64,000 nt of DNA from an uncultured Chloroflexia bacterium (GTDB taxonomy: Bacteria; Chloroflexota; Chloroflexia; QHBQ01; JADMIH01): positions 96,001-160,000 of the forward strand of contig CAWCNY010000005.1 in the NCBI GenBank assembly GCA_963797095.1, given 5' to 3'. Position 1 is the stretch's first letter. Each line of letters opens with the position of its first letter. Below, piece after piece: positions 29,772-39,585 of the stretch. The position numbers and the translations under genes were made by a program. A model generated the notes under the pieces. That model was not told where the DNA came from. It searched no databases and worked only from the letters and a program-made list of their open reading frames with translations.

Positions 29772-31283
29772 TCAAGGTGTCGCCGAAGGTTCCGGTGTGT
29801 CAGTGGCGGTAGGCTCTGCAGCGGAGGGAGGCGTGGGGGTGGGCACGCCGGGCGCCTGGTCACCGTTGGTGTCGGTAATGGGATTCGTGTCGGTAACAGG
29901 TGGGCTGGCCCCTGGTGTGCCTGTACCTACCGTCGGGGTTGGGTTGGCCGACGGTGGATTTGTCGGCTCAATTAAGGGTGGCGGCGTAGGCGTTGGAGCC
30001 TGGAACGTTGCGGGCGAGATCGTAGACGATAGCTTGGCTTCATTGAACCAGTCGGTGTATAGCTGCTGCTTCTGCGAATCTATTTGCGTCTGGGTCAGAG
30101 GCCGCACCTCTTTGCCGAGCACCTTGATGATATGGTAACCATATTCCGTTTGCACCGGGTCGCTGTACGTACCGACAGGGGTGCTGAAGGAGGCATCCAC
30201 AAAGGGTTGGACGTAACCCGACCCCACACGCGGGAACCAGTCGTAAACACCGAGGTTGGCATTGGATGCAGTATCGGACGATTGCTCCAGAACCAGATTG
30301 CCGAAGTCCTCGCCCGCGTCCAATCTCGCCTTGATCGCCTGTGCGCCCTCCAGGGTATTCGTCAAGATATGCTGGACACGCACTTGCTCCACATCGGTGA
30401 CGATCTGGGTAGCCGCCAACTTATCGGTAACTTGCTCCTGACGCAACTGTGGCTCGATGATGTAATTCATATAGTCGCTTTCGGAGAAGCCTGGGCAACC
30501 ATACGGGCAGTAGGGGTTGTTGCTACTTGGGTCCGGACCTTCCTTGATCGATTGGAGGAAGTTGCCGAAACCGACCGTGGCCGTGGCCGATGCGCTCGGA
30601 ACGGGAGGATATGTCTCGGTGGGCGTGGGGGTCATGGTAGGCGAGCCTGCGGTGGGCGTACTCGAAGGTGTAGCGGTCGAACTCGGAGTCTGGGTACCTG
30701 TGGCGGTAGGTGTGTAGGTGATTGAGAGGGTTGGTGTTCCTGTGGCCTCGGGCGAAGGGGTTTCGCTCGAAGATGGGGGCGTGGGCTGGGGATAGAAGTC
30801 TTGCAGTGCTCTTTGCAGAAGCTCATCCGATGTAGGATTTATCGAGAAGTCGGCAGCCGATTTCTGGCGCAACACTTCGTTATCGACCAGTTGTTGCAAC
30901 ACTGTGGTATCGAGCGTGCTTTCGCTGTCGACGCTCTTGAGCTGCGTCTGGTAACTGGTAATGGTGCTGGTGTCGGTTGAGGTCGATGCGCCAAGTTGCT
31001 GCTGGAAGACCTCTTGTTGGATCTGCTGGTAAAGGCTCCAGCGCCTTAGCTTGTTGTACGCGGCACGTGCGATGGTCGTACCGTTGACATTTGCGACTTC
31101 GGCGTTGGGCCTTATCACATATGTAAATACGACCGCCAAGCCGAGCACGAGTACGATCACGACCGCGAGTGATATGCCCGCGGTGTACAGGTTGCGTATT
31201 TTCTGCGCTTCCTGTGCCGCCCGCGACAACTGCCCGCGCGTCATTACAGGGGCTGTGGATTGAAGTTTCTTCTTCTTTGGCAT
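29772..31283 (-). CDS. Membrane-anchored SurA/PrsA-like peptidyl-prolyl isomerase with Pro/Thr-rich linkers
   Basis: TM anchor, VANVNG, parvulin motifs VQHIL, GEDFG, QTEYGYHIIKV. Confidence 0.85.
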   Translation of the reverse strand: MPKKKKLQSTAPVMTRGQLSRAAQEAQKIRNLYTAGISLAVVIVLVLGLAVVFTYVIRPNAEVANVNGTTIARAAYNKLRRWSLYQQIQQEVFQQQLGASTSTDTSTITSYQTQLKSVDSESTLDTTVLQQLVDNEVLRQKSAADFSINPTSDELLQRALQDFYPQPTPPSSSETPSPEATGTPTLSITYTPTATGTQTPSSTATPSSTPTAGSPTMTPTPTETYPPVPSASATATVGFGNFLQSIKEGPDPSSNNPYCPYGCPGFSESDYMNYIIEPQLRQEQVTDKLAATQIVTDVEQVRVQHILTNTLEGAQAIKARLDAGEDFGNLVLEQSSDTASNANLGVYDWFPRVGSGYVQPFVDASFSTPVGTYSDPVQTEYGYHIIKVLGKEVRPLTQTQIDSQKQQLYTDWFNEAKLSSTISPATFQAPTPTPPPLIEPTNPPSANPTPTVGTGTPGASPPVTDTNPITDTNGDQAPGVPTPTPPSAAEPTATDTPEPSATP

Positions 31284-31285
31284 AG

Positions 31286-31379
31286 TGCGTGATGCGTGAT
31301 GGGTGATACACGATACATGATATGTGAGTTGATGGCTCCCGCCGTTTCACATATCACCTATCGAGGATCACAATTCACT
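31286..31379. repeat. Heptamer repeat hairpin in the rpsR-prsA spacer
   Basis: tgcgtga tgcgtga tgggtga tacacga tacatga tatgtga ... tcacata tcaccta tcgagga tcacaat. Confidence 0.7.
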
Positions 31380-31386
31380 TCTCCTT

Positions 31387-31800
31387 CTAGCGGGAATGTG
31401 GCCCGACGAAGGGCAGGAGGGCCATGTGGCGGGCGCGCTTGAGGGCAACGCTGAGGGCGCGTTGGTGCCGGGCACAGGTGCCGGTCTTCCGTCGCGGCTC
31501 GATCTTAGCCCGCTCGCTCAGATATCGCCTCAGGCGATTAACATCCTTATAGTCGATCTCCTGCACCTTGTCCACACAAAAGGCGCACACTTTCCTGCGA
31601 GGCACGTAGCGGTCACGATTGCGGCCACCGGGGCGCGTGCCACCACGCGGGCCGCCAGTGCGTCCGCCACCTCCACCGTAACCCCCTGGGCGGGGGCCGC
31701 GGAAGCCACCACCTTGATAGCCACCTGGCCTTTGCTCTTGCGATTGCGGCTGAGATTGTGTTTGCGCCTCGCCGCCGCCAGTATTTTCGTTATCTGCCAT
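31387..31800 (-). CDS. rpsR: 30S ribosomal protein S18 (Zn-binding type) with Gly/Arg-rich N-terminal extension
   Basis: [34 protein letters not shown]. Confidence 0.96.
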   Translation of the reverse strand: MADNENTGGGEAQTQSQPQSQEQRPGGYQGGGFRGPRPGGYGGGGGRTGGPRGGTRPGGRNRDRYVPRRKVCAFCVDKVQEIDYKDVNRLRRYLSERAKIEPRRKTGTCARHQRALSVALKRARHMALLPFVGPHSR

Positions 31801-31938
31801 GTTTCTCTTACCGTCCTCTTTTTGGCTCACAAGTCCTCAGCGCATCCACGCCAGGGATGCACCTACTTATCGTTACTTGTCTCTTACAGTTGAATTACAT
31901 CTACCAGCAGGCAGTCGTCGCCGGTAGTGATTGGCAAC

Positions 31939-32439
31939 CTAGAACGGGATGTCATCCACGTCCATATCGGTGTCTTCATACCCGGACGAGGCGCTATTGC
32001 TGCCGCCTGAACTGCCGGAGCCGCTCCGCTGAGGGGCTTGCCTCTCATTGCGTGAGCCGGAGCCTTGGCCGCCGTTCTCGTCGCTGTAGCCGCCCTGCCC
32101 GCTCTGTCGCGAGTCAAGGAGTTGCATGTCTTGAGCTACAACTTCCACGATCTGGCGCTCCTGGCCGTCCTGTCCTGTCCATTTGCGGGTCTGAAGCCTG
32201 CCTTCGATGTACACCTTGCTACCTTTGTGCAGGTATTCGTTGCACGTTTCGGCGAGACGCTCCCAGGCCACCACTCGAAACCACTCAGTTTCATCTATGG
32301 TCTGGCCGTCGGGACTCTTGCGAGTCCGGCTGACCGCCACCGAAAAGGTGGTTATGGGGGTGCCCTGCGGCGTATATTTCATCTCCGGGTCGCGGCCCAG
32401 GTTGCCGATTATCATCACTTTGTTCAAGCCACGTGCCAT
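31939..32439 (-). CDS. ssb: Single-stranded DNA-binding protein
   Basis: LNKVMIIGNLGRDPE ... DDIPF tail. Confidence 0.98.
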   Translation of the reverse strand: MARGLNKVMIIGNLGRDPEMKYTPQGTPITTFSVAVSRTRKSPDGQTIDETEWFRVVAWERLAETCNEYLHKGSKVYIEGRLQTRKWTGQDGQERQIVEVVAQDMQLLDSRQSGQGGYSDENGGQGSGSRNERQAPQRSGSGSSGGSNSASSGYEDTDMDVDDIPF

Positions 32440-32542
32440 ATCTTTACTCCGTTAACAGTCTAAAAACTCAAATCTAAGGCTAATGCTCTGCAAATACATC
32501 GAAGGAGGGACTAGCATACATAGCTCGTTGGATCCAACACCA

Positions 32543-32827
32543 TTATACGATCAGGATGTGGCGTATGACGTCGTCGGAAATTCGAAGCTGCTCTTCGAGT
32601 TCACGGGCGCGTGTGGGATCGAGCTTGATTTTCTCCACGATGTAATAGCCGTCTTCATACCGCTGAATCGGGTATGCCAGACGACGCTTGCCCCATTGGT
32701 TCCTCTCGGTAACCTCTCCGCCCAGGCCCTGGATTAAGGACTCTACTTTGTCGGTAGCGCCTGCCAGTTCCTCGTCGGCAACATTAGGGCGAATGATATA
32801 CATCAATTCGTAGTCGCGCTGTGCCAT
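32543..32827 (-). CDS. rpsF: 30S ribosomal protein S6
   Basis: RDYELMYIIRP, WGKRRLAYPI. Confidence 0.97.
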   Translation of the reverse strand: MAQRDYELMYIIRPNVADEELAGATDKVESLIQGLGGEVTERNQWGKRRLAYPIQRYEDGYYIVEKIKLDPTRARELEEQLRISDDVIRHILIV

Positions 32828-32828
32828 G

Positions 32829-32888
32829 TTCACACCTCCTTCCTATGGGTTTGCGGCGCACCCTTGAAAGAGGCGGAGAGGTGTGAGT
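32829..32888 (-). promoter_or_regulatory. S6:S18 ribosomal protein leader RNA (autoregulatory)
   Basis: On the - strand CACACCTC pairs with GAGGTGTG, sequestering the SD; unpaired CCG; inner GGGT/ACCC stem; directly upstream of rpsF. Confidence 0.7.
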
Positions 32889-32982
32889 TCCCCACATGGG
32901 CGCGGCGCAGAAAGGTAGAAATTCTTCTACTCAATGCAACGACGGTGCAACCACCCGTCTTTTTGCACTATCTCGCATTATA

Positions 32983-34572
32983 TCACATCGCGTCGGCAAG
33001 GTCAAAAATCGCCGCCGTCTCTATGTGGAAGGTCTGAGGGAACATATCTACCAACCGGGCAGAAACGAGCCGGTGGGAGCGTGCCAGCACCCTAATATCG
33101 CGGGCCAGGGTGCTTGGATCGCACGACACGTAGATTACACGCGGAACCCGGCGGCGGGCGATCTCGGCCAGCAAAGAGGGATGGCACCCTGCACGCGGCG
33201 GGTCCAGGATTATCGCGGAGGGCCTCTCATTCTCGGCAAGTCGGGGCAGCAACTCTTCGGCCCGTCCCTTGCGGAACTCGACATTATCTGCGCCCATAGT
33301 GCCTGCCGACCATTGCGCGCTCTCCACGCTGCTCCCATCCGGCTCAAACGCCAGCACGCGCTTTGCCCAGCCCGCGAATTGCAATGCAAACGTACCGACG
33401 CCCGTATGTGCATCCACCAGCAAGTCGGCGTTTGCGGGAATATGGCGAGCCACCTCATCGATCAACTGCTCCGCGAGCGCAGTATTCGTCTGGAAGAAGG
33501 CCTCCGGTCCAACCCAATAGGTGCGCCCCTTGAGCCGCTCGATCCAGGCTCCCAACGGAGGCCGTAGCGCCTCACCTATTCGCTCCTGGGAGCTTCGGAG
33601 CGATGCACCTGACAGCATATCTGCCACCGCTTCAGTTGAGGCGCTTCCGGCCCCGCGCGTTTCGCCCAGGCGATTGATCGTGCCATCGTCCATCACCTCT
33701 ACCGCGAGCAGCACCGGGCGCTTCTCTCCTGTTGAGCGAGATAGCTCTCCGATGGCCTTGCGCACCGACCGCCGCGAAATGTTCATAGTACGTGCGTTAC
33801 CGGGGTCGTCACCCACAGGTGATGCAACATCTCGCTCGGCTGCTGCGCGTGTTGGCCTACCCCGGCGTTCAGGCCTGGGTTGCGCCCTCCCTCCCGCCAT
33901 CGAGTGAAACACCACTACGTTGTGCCCCGTTGTCTCGCTTGCGCGAGTCGTGATCTTCCACACGCGCATCACTCCCCGACTGTCAACTCGCATAATAGGA
34001 GAACCCGAGTCGGGAGACTCGGCCTCTTGCAGCAGCGAGTTCACAAAGGGCATCAAGCCGTTGATTCCTTCGTTGGAGATTGGACACGCCTCAACAGGGA
34101 TCAAGCTGTGCGTCTCACGCCTGTAATAGGCGAGTGAGCGCGCCACCGGATCGAGCGCAAAGTGGGAGGTATTGCGGTAATGGAAGACAGCAGGCGAAAC
34201 CAGGGGCGCCTGGAGTATCGCGTCGGGATCGGCGATACCTGCCAGCCGTACAAGTTGTGCGCGCAGAATGGCATGTTTGGCGTGCACTTGTTCTTCATAG
34301 GCCATGTGCTGCCACTGGCAGCCCCCGCATGACCCGAAATAGGGGCACAAGGCCACAACCCTTGCAGGTGATGGTTCGTGTATAGCCTGTACGACGCCGC
34401 GTAGCAGATTCTTGCTGCCCCTGGTCACAGAGACATCCACGTCCTCACCCGCGATCCCGGGCCAGGCAAACACCGCTATGCCGCTTTCAGGGTCGCGCCC
34501 TACGGCATCTCCACCGTAAGCCATATCGGCGAGTCGCAGGCGTATGGTTCTATGGTCAGGAGCAGTATTCAT
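32983..34572 (-). CDS. rlmD: 23S rRNA m5U methyltransferase (RlmD/TrmA family) with internal insertion
   Basis: TRAM domain, CPYFGSCGGCQWQH, AFFQTN, DPPRAG, YVSCDP, DMFPQT.HIE. Confidence 0.88.
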   Translation of the reverse strand: MNTAPDHRTIRLRLADMAYGGDAVGRDPESGIAVFAWPGIAGEDVDVSVTRGSKNLLRGVVQAIHEPSPARVVALCPYFGSCGGCQWQHMAYEEQVHAKHAILRAQLVRLAGIADPDAILQAPLVSPAVFHYRNTSHFALDPVARSLAYYRRETHSLIPVEACPISNEGINGLMPFVNSLLQEAESPDSGSPIMRVDSRGVMRVWKITTRASETTGHNVVVFHSMAGGRAQPRPERRGRPTRAAAERDVASPVGDDPGNARTMNISRRSVRKAIGELSRSTGEKRPVLLAVEVMDDGTINRLGETRGAGSASTEAVADMLSGASLRSSQERIGEALRPPLGAWIERLKGRTYWVGPEAFFQTNTALAEQLIDEVARHIPANADLLVDAHTGVGTFALQFAGWAKRVLAFEPDGSSVESAQWSAGTMGADNVEFRKGRAEELLPRLAENERPSAIILDPPRAGCHPSLLAEIARRRVPRVIYVSCDPSTLARDIRVLARSHRLVSARLVDMFPQTFHIETAAIFDLADAM

Positions 34573-34635
34573 AAGGAAAATCAGAGGGGCGAGACTGCGC
34601 CCGCCCCTCCTTACTCACACGCGTTCATTAGCGCC

Positions 34636-34941
34636 TTACAGGTGGAAATATCCTTCCAGTGGCAGCACGAACAGCGCCCCACGCCCGCTACCCTGCCCTT
34701 CGACGGGCGGCGGTGGAGGGGTCGCGGACCGGCGCTGCGGCGCAGTAAGCGCCCCACTACGCACAATCGCCATCACCGGCTCGACATCCTCGTCCTCCAC
34801 GCCCATCATCAACGTGGTATTCCCCTCGCGCCTGAAGCCTCCTGTAGAAGCGAGCCTGGTCGCGCGGAAGCCCGCCGCCAGCAGCGCGTCGGTAATATTG
34901 TCAGCCGCCTGGTTTGATACTATAGCCAGCACCAACTTCAT
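34636..34941 (-). CDS. darA: PII-like cyclic-di-AMP receptor (DarA/PstA/YaaQ)
   Basis: MKLVLAIV...TRLASTGGF..EGNTT. Confidence 0.88.
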   Translation of the reverse strand: MKLVLAIVSNQAADNITDALLAAGFRATRLASTGGFRREGNTTLMMGVEDEDVEPVMAIVRSGALTAPQRRSATPPPPPVEGQGSGRGALFVLPLEGYFHL

Positions 34942-35121
34942 GCACAGGTCCCCCGTATTGTCACACAAGATCGCGGTAAGAAGCGGTCATGCGCCCCGAT
35001 TATATGTGGTGTGGCCCAACGTGTCAAATCGGGCCAAATTGGTCCGGAATCGCATTGCACTGTTAGCGGTGGTGTGGTAGGATTAACGCCACCAGTCGAT
35101 CCATGCTTTACGAGCACGCCC

Positions 35122-35925
35122 ATGCCCACTGCTACCGATAATCCGAATCGCGGCCTCGCGCCGTTGATCGATTCGCACGCCCATCTCGACTCAGATGATT
35201 ACGGCGAGGACAGGGATAGCGTGATCGAGCGCGCAAGGGAATTCGGATTGGTCGCGATTGTTACGGTAGGCATCGAGCCTGGGGATTGGGAAGGCACGCT
35301 GAGGATCGCGAGCGAGCACAGGCAGGTGTACGCCGCGCTGGGCATACACCCTAACAGCGCCGATCAAACGAGCGATCTCACGTTGTCGAGACTGCGAACT
35401 CTCTGCGAGGAGCATAACGCGGTGGCTCTCGGAGAGACAGGCCTTGATTATTATCGGAACTTCGTGCCACATGACAAACAACGCGAGTCGTTCAGGGAGC
35501 ATCTCGCGCTGGCACGCGAGCTTGATCTGCCCGTAATCATCCACAGCCGCGATGCAGGCGACGATGTTCTGGAGATTATTCGCAAGGATGGGCATGGCAC
35601 GCGTGGCGTGATGCACTCCTTCTCTGAGGACATCGACTACGCAAGAGAGTGCATCGAACTCGGCTATATGATCTCGCTGTCGGGTCCTGTGACATTCAAG
35701 AAGGCGGTAGACAGGCATCTGGTGGCACGAGATGTGCCGCTGGACTACCTGCTTGTGGAGACGGATTGTCCTTATCTTACGCCGGAGCCGTTCAGGGGTA
35801 GGCGAAACGAACCCGCTTACGTTGCCCACACGGCCAAAGCCATCGCCGACTTGCGAGGCATCTCGCTTGAAGAATTGGCAACGGCTACAACAGAGAACAC
35901 AAAGCGATTGTTCGGCATTGCCTAG
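35122..35925 (+). CDS. tatD: TatD family hydrolase; start uncertain
   Basis: DSHAHLD, GIHP, GETGLDY, IHSRDA, HSF, VETDCPYL. Confidence 0.94.
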   Translation: MPTATDNPNRGLAPLIDSHAHLDSDDYGEDRDSVIERAREFGLVAIVTVGIEPGDWEGTLRIASEHRQVYAALGIHPNSADQTSDLTLSRLRTLCEEHNAVALGETGLDYYRNFVPHDKQRESFREHLALARELDLPVIIHSRDAGDDVLEIIRKDGHGTRGVMHSFSEDIDYARECIELGYMISLSGPVTFKKAVDRHLVARDVPLDYLLVETDCPYLTPEPFRGRRNEPAYVAHTAKAIADLRGISLEELATATTENTKRLFGIA

Positions 35926-36015
35926 CAACAGCAAATGCCGGACTACAACATTATCTGTTTGTGTTGGGGGCGTTCGGTAATTCAGACTCAGGAGTGCCGC
36001 GAAGGGGGAGGGAAC

Positions 36016-37134
36016 ATGATCAACCTCTGGCAGTTACGGGTATTCCTTGTCGTATATGAAACTGGAAGCTTTTCGGCTGCCGCAACACGTTTGCACCTCA
36101 CTCAACCTGGGGTCAGCCAGCAGATCCGCGCACTCGAAAACTACCTCAACACCAAGTTGTTCGTGCGCCGTGGGCACGGAGTAGAATTGACCGCTGCAGG
36201 CGAGAGCCTGGTGGACCCGGCGCGCAGGCTCATCACCCTCTCGGAAACGACCGAACGCACTCTCATTTCCAAGCGAGGCGAGGTAAGCGGCAGAATACGG
36301 TTGGGGTGCGCACTTTCGTCAGGCAGCTATATCTTCAGCCCCTGGATATACGATTTTCGCTCAACATTCCCCGAAGTGACGGTCCAACTCGAACAGATCG
36401 AGCCTGGGCCATTGATCAGCGCCTTGAGGGCGCAGGAGCTTGACGGCGGCCTGGTACTGGGCCGCCTCAGAGGGCGCGGGCTGCTCCATCACAAACTGCT
36501 CGAAGACCCGTTGACCCTGATAGTGCCACTGAACCACGCATGGGCATTTCCAGGGCAACTACACAGGGTGGCCGGGGAACAAGCGAACGGCGGCGCGTTT
36601 CCAGGTTCAGATGGGCACATACCCAAGCAAGAGGATGATAGCTGGGTGCCCGCCGTCAAACTGAGCATGCTGAAGGAGCAGGCGCTTGTGCTCGAACACG
36701 GCATAGGCGAGAGCCACAGTGACGCACGCCGCGCCTTGAACGACGCCCTGGAGGAGCGCGGCTTCAATACGCGCGATCTGCACGTGGTGCTTGAACTTCC
36801 TAACCCGATGGCGGTGGCCTGCGCAGTGGCCGATGGCGCAGGCGTTGGATTGGTGCCCCAGTCCATCGCTCGACGCATGATCGGGCAGGTTGTCCCAGTC
36901 AAGATCGAGGGTTTCAACCTGAGCCAGCACGTTTACCTGATCCACGACCGCAAAGCGCTCCACACCCCGGCGGTGGGAGCCTGGTGGAAGTATATCGCGA
37001 CAAAGATGGGCAGCCAGAAACCTGCCGCCGACCAGGATGAAGAGAGCGAAACCGAGCAGGAAGAAAAGCGGGCTGTTGAACGACCAAAGGTAAAGAACGG
37101 AACCGGATTAGTGAGCGTGGGCAAAACACGATAG
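36016..37134 (+). CDS. LysR family transcriptional regulator
   Basis: SFSAAA.RLHLTQPGVSQQIRALE...LF.R. Confidence 0.92.
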   Translation: MINLWQLRVFLVVYETGSFSAAATRLHLTQPGVSQQIRALENYLNTKLFVRRGHGVELTAAGESLVDPARRLITLSETTERTLISKRGEVSGRIRLGCALSSGSYIFSPWIYDFRSTFPEVTVQLEQIEPGPLISALRAQELDGGLVLGRLRGRGLLHHKLLEDPLTLIVPLNHAWAFPGQLHRVAGEQANGGAFPGSDGHIPKQEDDSWVPAVKLSMLKEQALVLEHGIGESHSDARRALNDALEERGFNTRDLHVVLELPNPMAVACAVADGAGVGLVPQSIARRMIGQVVPVKIEGFNLSQHVYLIHDRKALHTPAVGAWWKYIATKMGSQKPAADQDEESETEQEEKRAVERPKVKNGTGLVSVGKTR

Positions 37135-37187
37135 CAATGAAGGAGGCCCAGCGGCCTCCTTCACTTTTTGTGTGCACTGAAAATTAC

Positions 37188-37958
37188 TCAAGGATCGCCA
37201 CTGGACGGAAGGGCAAAATCGAACCACTCTGCGAAATGCCGGGCAAAGGCGTCCTTCACCGCGAACATCGGCTGGGCGTTGCCCAGAACCCGCGAAATTG
37301 ATGACACCCCTTTGTCGGTGATGCCGCACGGCACTATGTAAGAAAAGAACTGTAAATCGGTGGTCACATTGAGCGCGATACCGTGTGTCGTTATGCCGCG
37401 CCCATCGACGCGCACCCCGATAGCGGCGATCTTCTCTTCGCCAGAGGAGCCATGCACCCACGCGCCACTGAAGCCGTCCAGTTGATGCGCCTCCACTCCA
37501 AGCTCTTCCAGCGTTCCGATCAGCACCTTTTCGAGCCTGCGAACATAGCCGGGGTAATCTATGTGCTCCCCATATTTATGCAGGTTGATGATGGGATAAG
37601 CCACCAGTTGGCCGGGGCCGTGGTAAGTCACATCGCCACCCCGGTCCACGTCAAGCACCGTGATCCCCTGTCGCTCTAGCTGATCGTCACCTATGAGGAT
37701 GTGGTCTCGCCCACCGCGCCGCCCACACGTATAGGTGTTGGTGTGCTCAAGAAGCAGCAGGGTTTCGGGTATCTCGCCTGACGATACATGCTGAGCAAGG
37801 TCGTTCTGCAAGTCCCAGCATTCCCGGTATGCGATCTGCCCAAGATCAACCACTTTGAGAGGGTGCGTAGTCGATCCCACTATGTCTTGTCTCAGCTTTT
37901 CTTCTATCAAGTTGGCTTCCACGTGTTCGGTGATGATTCGCCAATGCCGGTCGCTCAC
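37188..37958 (-). CDS. lipB: Octanoyltransferase
   Basis: LLLLEH, DRGGDVTYHGPGQLVAYP, KIAAIG, HGIALN, IVPCGI. Confidence 0.96.
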   Translation of the reverse strand: MSDRHWRIITEHVEANLIEEKLRQDIVGSTTHPLKVVDLGQIAYRECWDLQNDLAQHVSSGEIPETLLLLEHTNTYTCGRRGGRDHILIGDDQLERQGITVLDVDRGGDVTYHGPGQLVAYPIINLHKYGEHIDYPGYVRRLEKVLIGTLEELGVEAHQLDGFSGAWVHGSSGEEKIAAIGVRVDGRGITTHGIALNVTTDLQFFSYIVPCGITDKGVSSISRVLGNAQPMFAVKDAFARHFAEWFDFALPSSGDP

Positions 37959-37963
37959 TCCAC

Positions 37964-38458
37964 TTATGCCAGTCTGTTAGCGAGCCAGAACCCTACAATA
38001 CACGATTTGAGGAACAGCAGCCAGCCATAGGTGGCCCAATATACAGCGACGACACTGCCTGCATAGTTGAGTAGTGCCCCCAACCCTGTATCGATTGCTG
38101 ATACCTGTAAAGCCGGCATCCGGTTCAAACCGAGATGCAGCAGACTGGCAACCAGCGCCGGTATCAGGACGGTGGCTATTCCGCTAAACACGTTTAGATT
38201 CCCGGATTTTTGCAATAGCACCAGCGCTGCCACCGTTATCGTCAGCGGGAAAGTACTGACAAATACGTCGATTATTGTCTGTAGGTCAAGCAGCGGATTG
38301 GGGCGGGTAAACCCGAGCAGCCAGGGCATGAACGCAGCGAGACCAACAAACAGCACGTCAGCGCCAAGATCGCAAACACCAAGGATCAGAGCCAGTTTGC
38401 CAACCTCGTCCATGTTGAAACCCGCTTCGGCTTCCTTTGTCCCTACCGGATCGCTCAT
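37964..38458 (-). CDS. Hypothetical membrane protein
   Basis: About 4 hydrophobic segments; located between lipA and lipB. Confidence 0.7.
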   Translation of the reverse strand: MSDPVGTKEAEAGFNMDEVGKLALILGVCDLGADVLFVGLAAFMPWLLGFTRPNPLLDLQTIIDVFVSTFPLTITVAALVLLQKSGNLNVFSGIATVLIPALVASLLHLGLNRMPALQVSAIDTGLGALLNYAGSVVAVYWATYGWLLFLKSCIVGFWLANRLA

Positions 38459-38485
38459 CCCGCCCCTCTATCAAATTACAGCAGG

Positions 38486-39451
38486 TTAGACGGTGGCCTT
38501 CTGGACTTGCTCGTGAGCATGATATGATGAACGCACCAGCGGCCCGCTCTCAACATGTTTGAAGCCGAGGCCCTGCGCGATCTCCTTCAATTCTCGGAAC
38601 TCGGCAGGCGTGTAATATTTCATGACGGGCAGGTGGCGGAACGAGGGGCGGAGATACTGTCCTATCGTGACTATGTCCACGCTGTGGGCGCGCAAATCGT
38701 GAAGGACCTCCACAACCTCGTCCCACTCCTCACCAAGTCCAACCATCAGACCTGATTTGGTAAGGATCTTGCCCGAAGGGTCCATGTCGCGGGCCTTTTG
38801 AAGGAGTTCGAGCGATCGCTCGTACTTGGCCTGCGGTCGCACGATGTAGTACAGGCGCGGTACGGACTCGATATTATGATTGAGGATCTCAGGCCTGGCG
38901 TCCATTACACGCTTCAACGCCCACCAGACGCCTTTGAAATCGGGGATCAGCACTTCGATCCCACAATCGGGCACGTACTCGTGGGACTTGCGTATCAGCT
39001 CAGCAAATATGGATGCCCCGCCGTCCGCAAGTTCGTCGCGGTTCACAGATGTGATGACGCAATGCTTCAATTGCAATGACTCGATTGCCCTTGCCACGCG
39101 CTCCGGCTCTCCTTTATCTACAGCAGACGGTCTGCCCGTCTTGATAGCGCAAAAACCGCAAGATCTGGTGCACGTGTCGCCGAGGATTAGGAAAGTGGCG
39201 GTGCGATGCTCCCAGCACTCAGAGATGTTGGGACAGTGCGCCTCTTCGCAAACAGTATGCAGCCCGTTGCCGCGCATTAACCCTTTGAGGTCGAGATAAT
39301 TTTCGCCCTGCTGCCATTTTACCGTGAGCCAGGGGGGTTTGCGCTCTAACGGTACAGGAGTGGGGTTTACGGGGCGTGCAGGGCCGCCTGGACGGCTGTA
39401 CGGCCTCAATTCGAGCGGGGCAGAGGTTGAAGTAGTAGCTTGATCTGACAT
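38486..39451 (-). CDS. lipA: Lipoyl synthase
   Basis: [26 protein letters not shown]. Confidence 0.97.
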   Translation of the reverse strand: MSDQATTSTSAPLELRPYSRPGGPARPVNPTPVPLERKPPWLTVKWQQGENYLDLKGLMRGNGLHTVCEEAHCPNISECWEHRTATFLILGDTCTRSCGFCAIKTGRPSAVDKGEPERVARAIESLQLKHCVITSVNRDELADGGASIFAELIRKSHEYVPDCGIEVLIPDFKGVWWALKRVMDARPEILNHNIESVPRLYYIVRPQAKYERSLELLQKARDMDPSGKILTKSGLMVGLGEEWDEVVEVLHDLRAHSVDIVTIGQYLRPSFRHLPVMKYYTPAEFRELKEIAQGLGFKHVESGPLVRSSYHAHEQVQKATV

Positions 39452-39530
39452 TTTATGTTCTCCGATTCTTTATGTGCAATTCACGCTCTTTTGTCGCCAT
39501 CTCTATACAACCATTATAACAACAATGTGA

Positions 39531-39556
39531 AGGGGCACGGCGCGCCGTGCCCCTTG
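39531..39556. repeat. REP-like palindrome / terminator after the E2 gene
   Basis: AGGGGCACGG-CGCG-CCGTGCCCCT. Confidence 0.55.
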
Positions 39557-39585
39557 CTTTATTCTTTCCGGCGCTGAGTAAGTAC

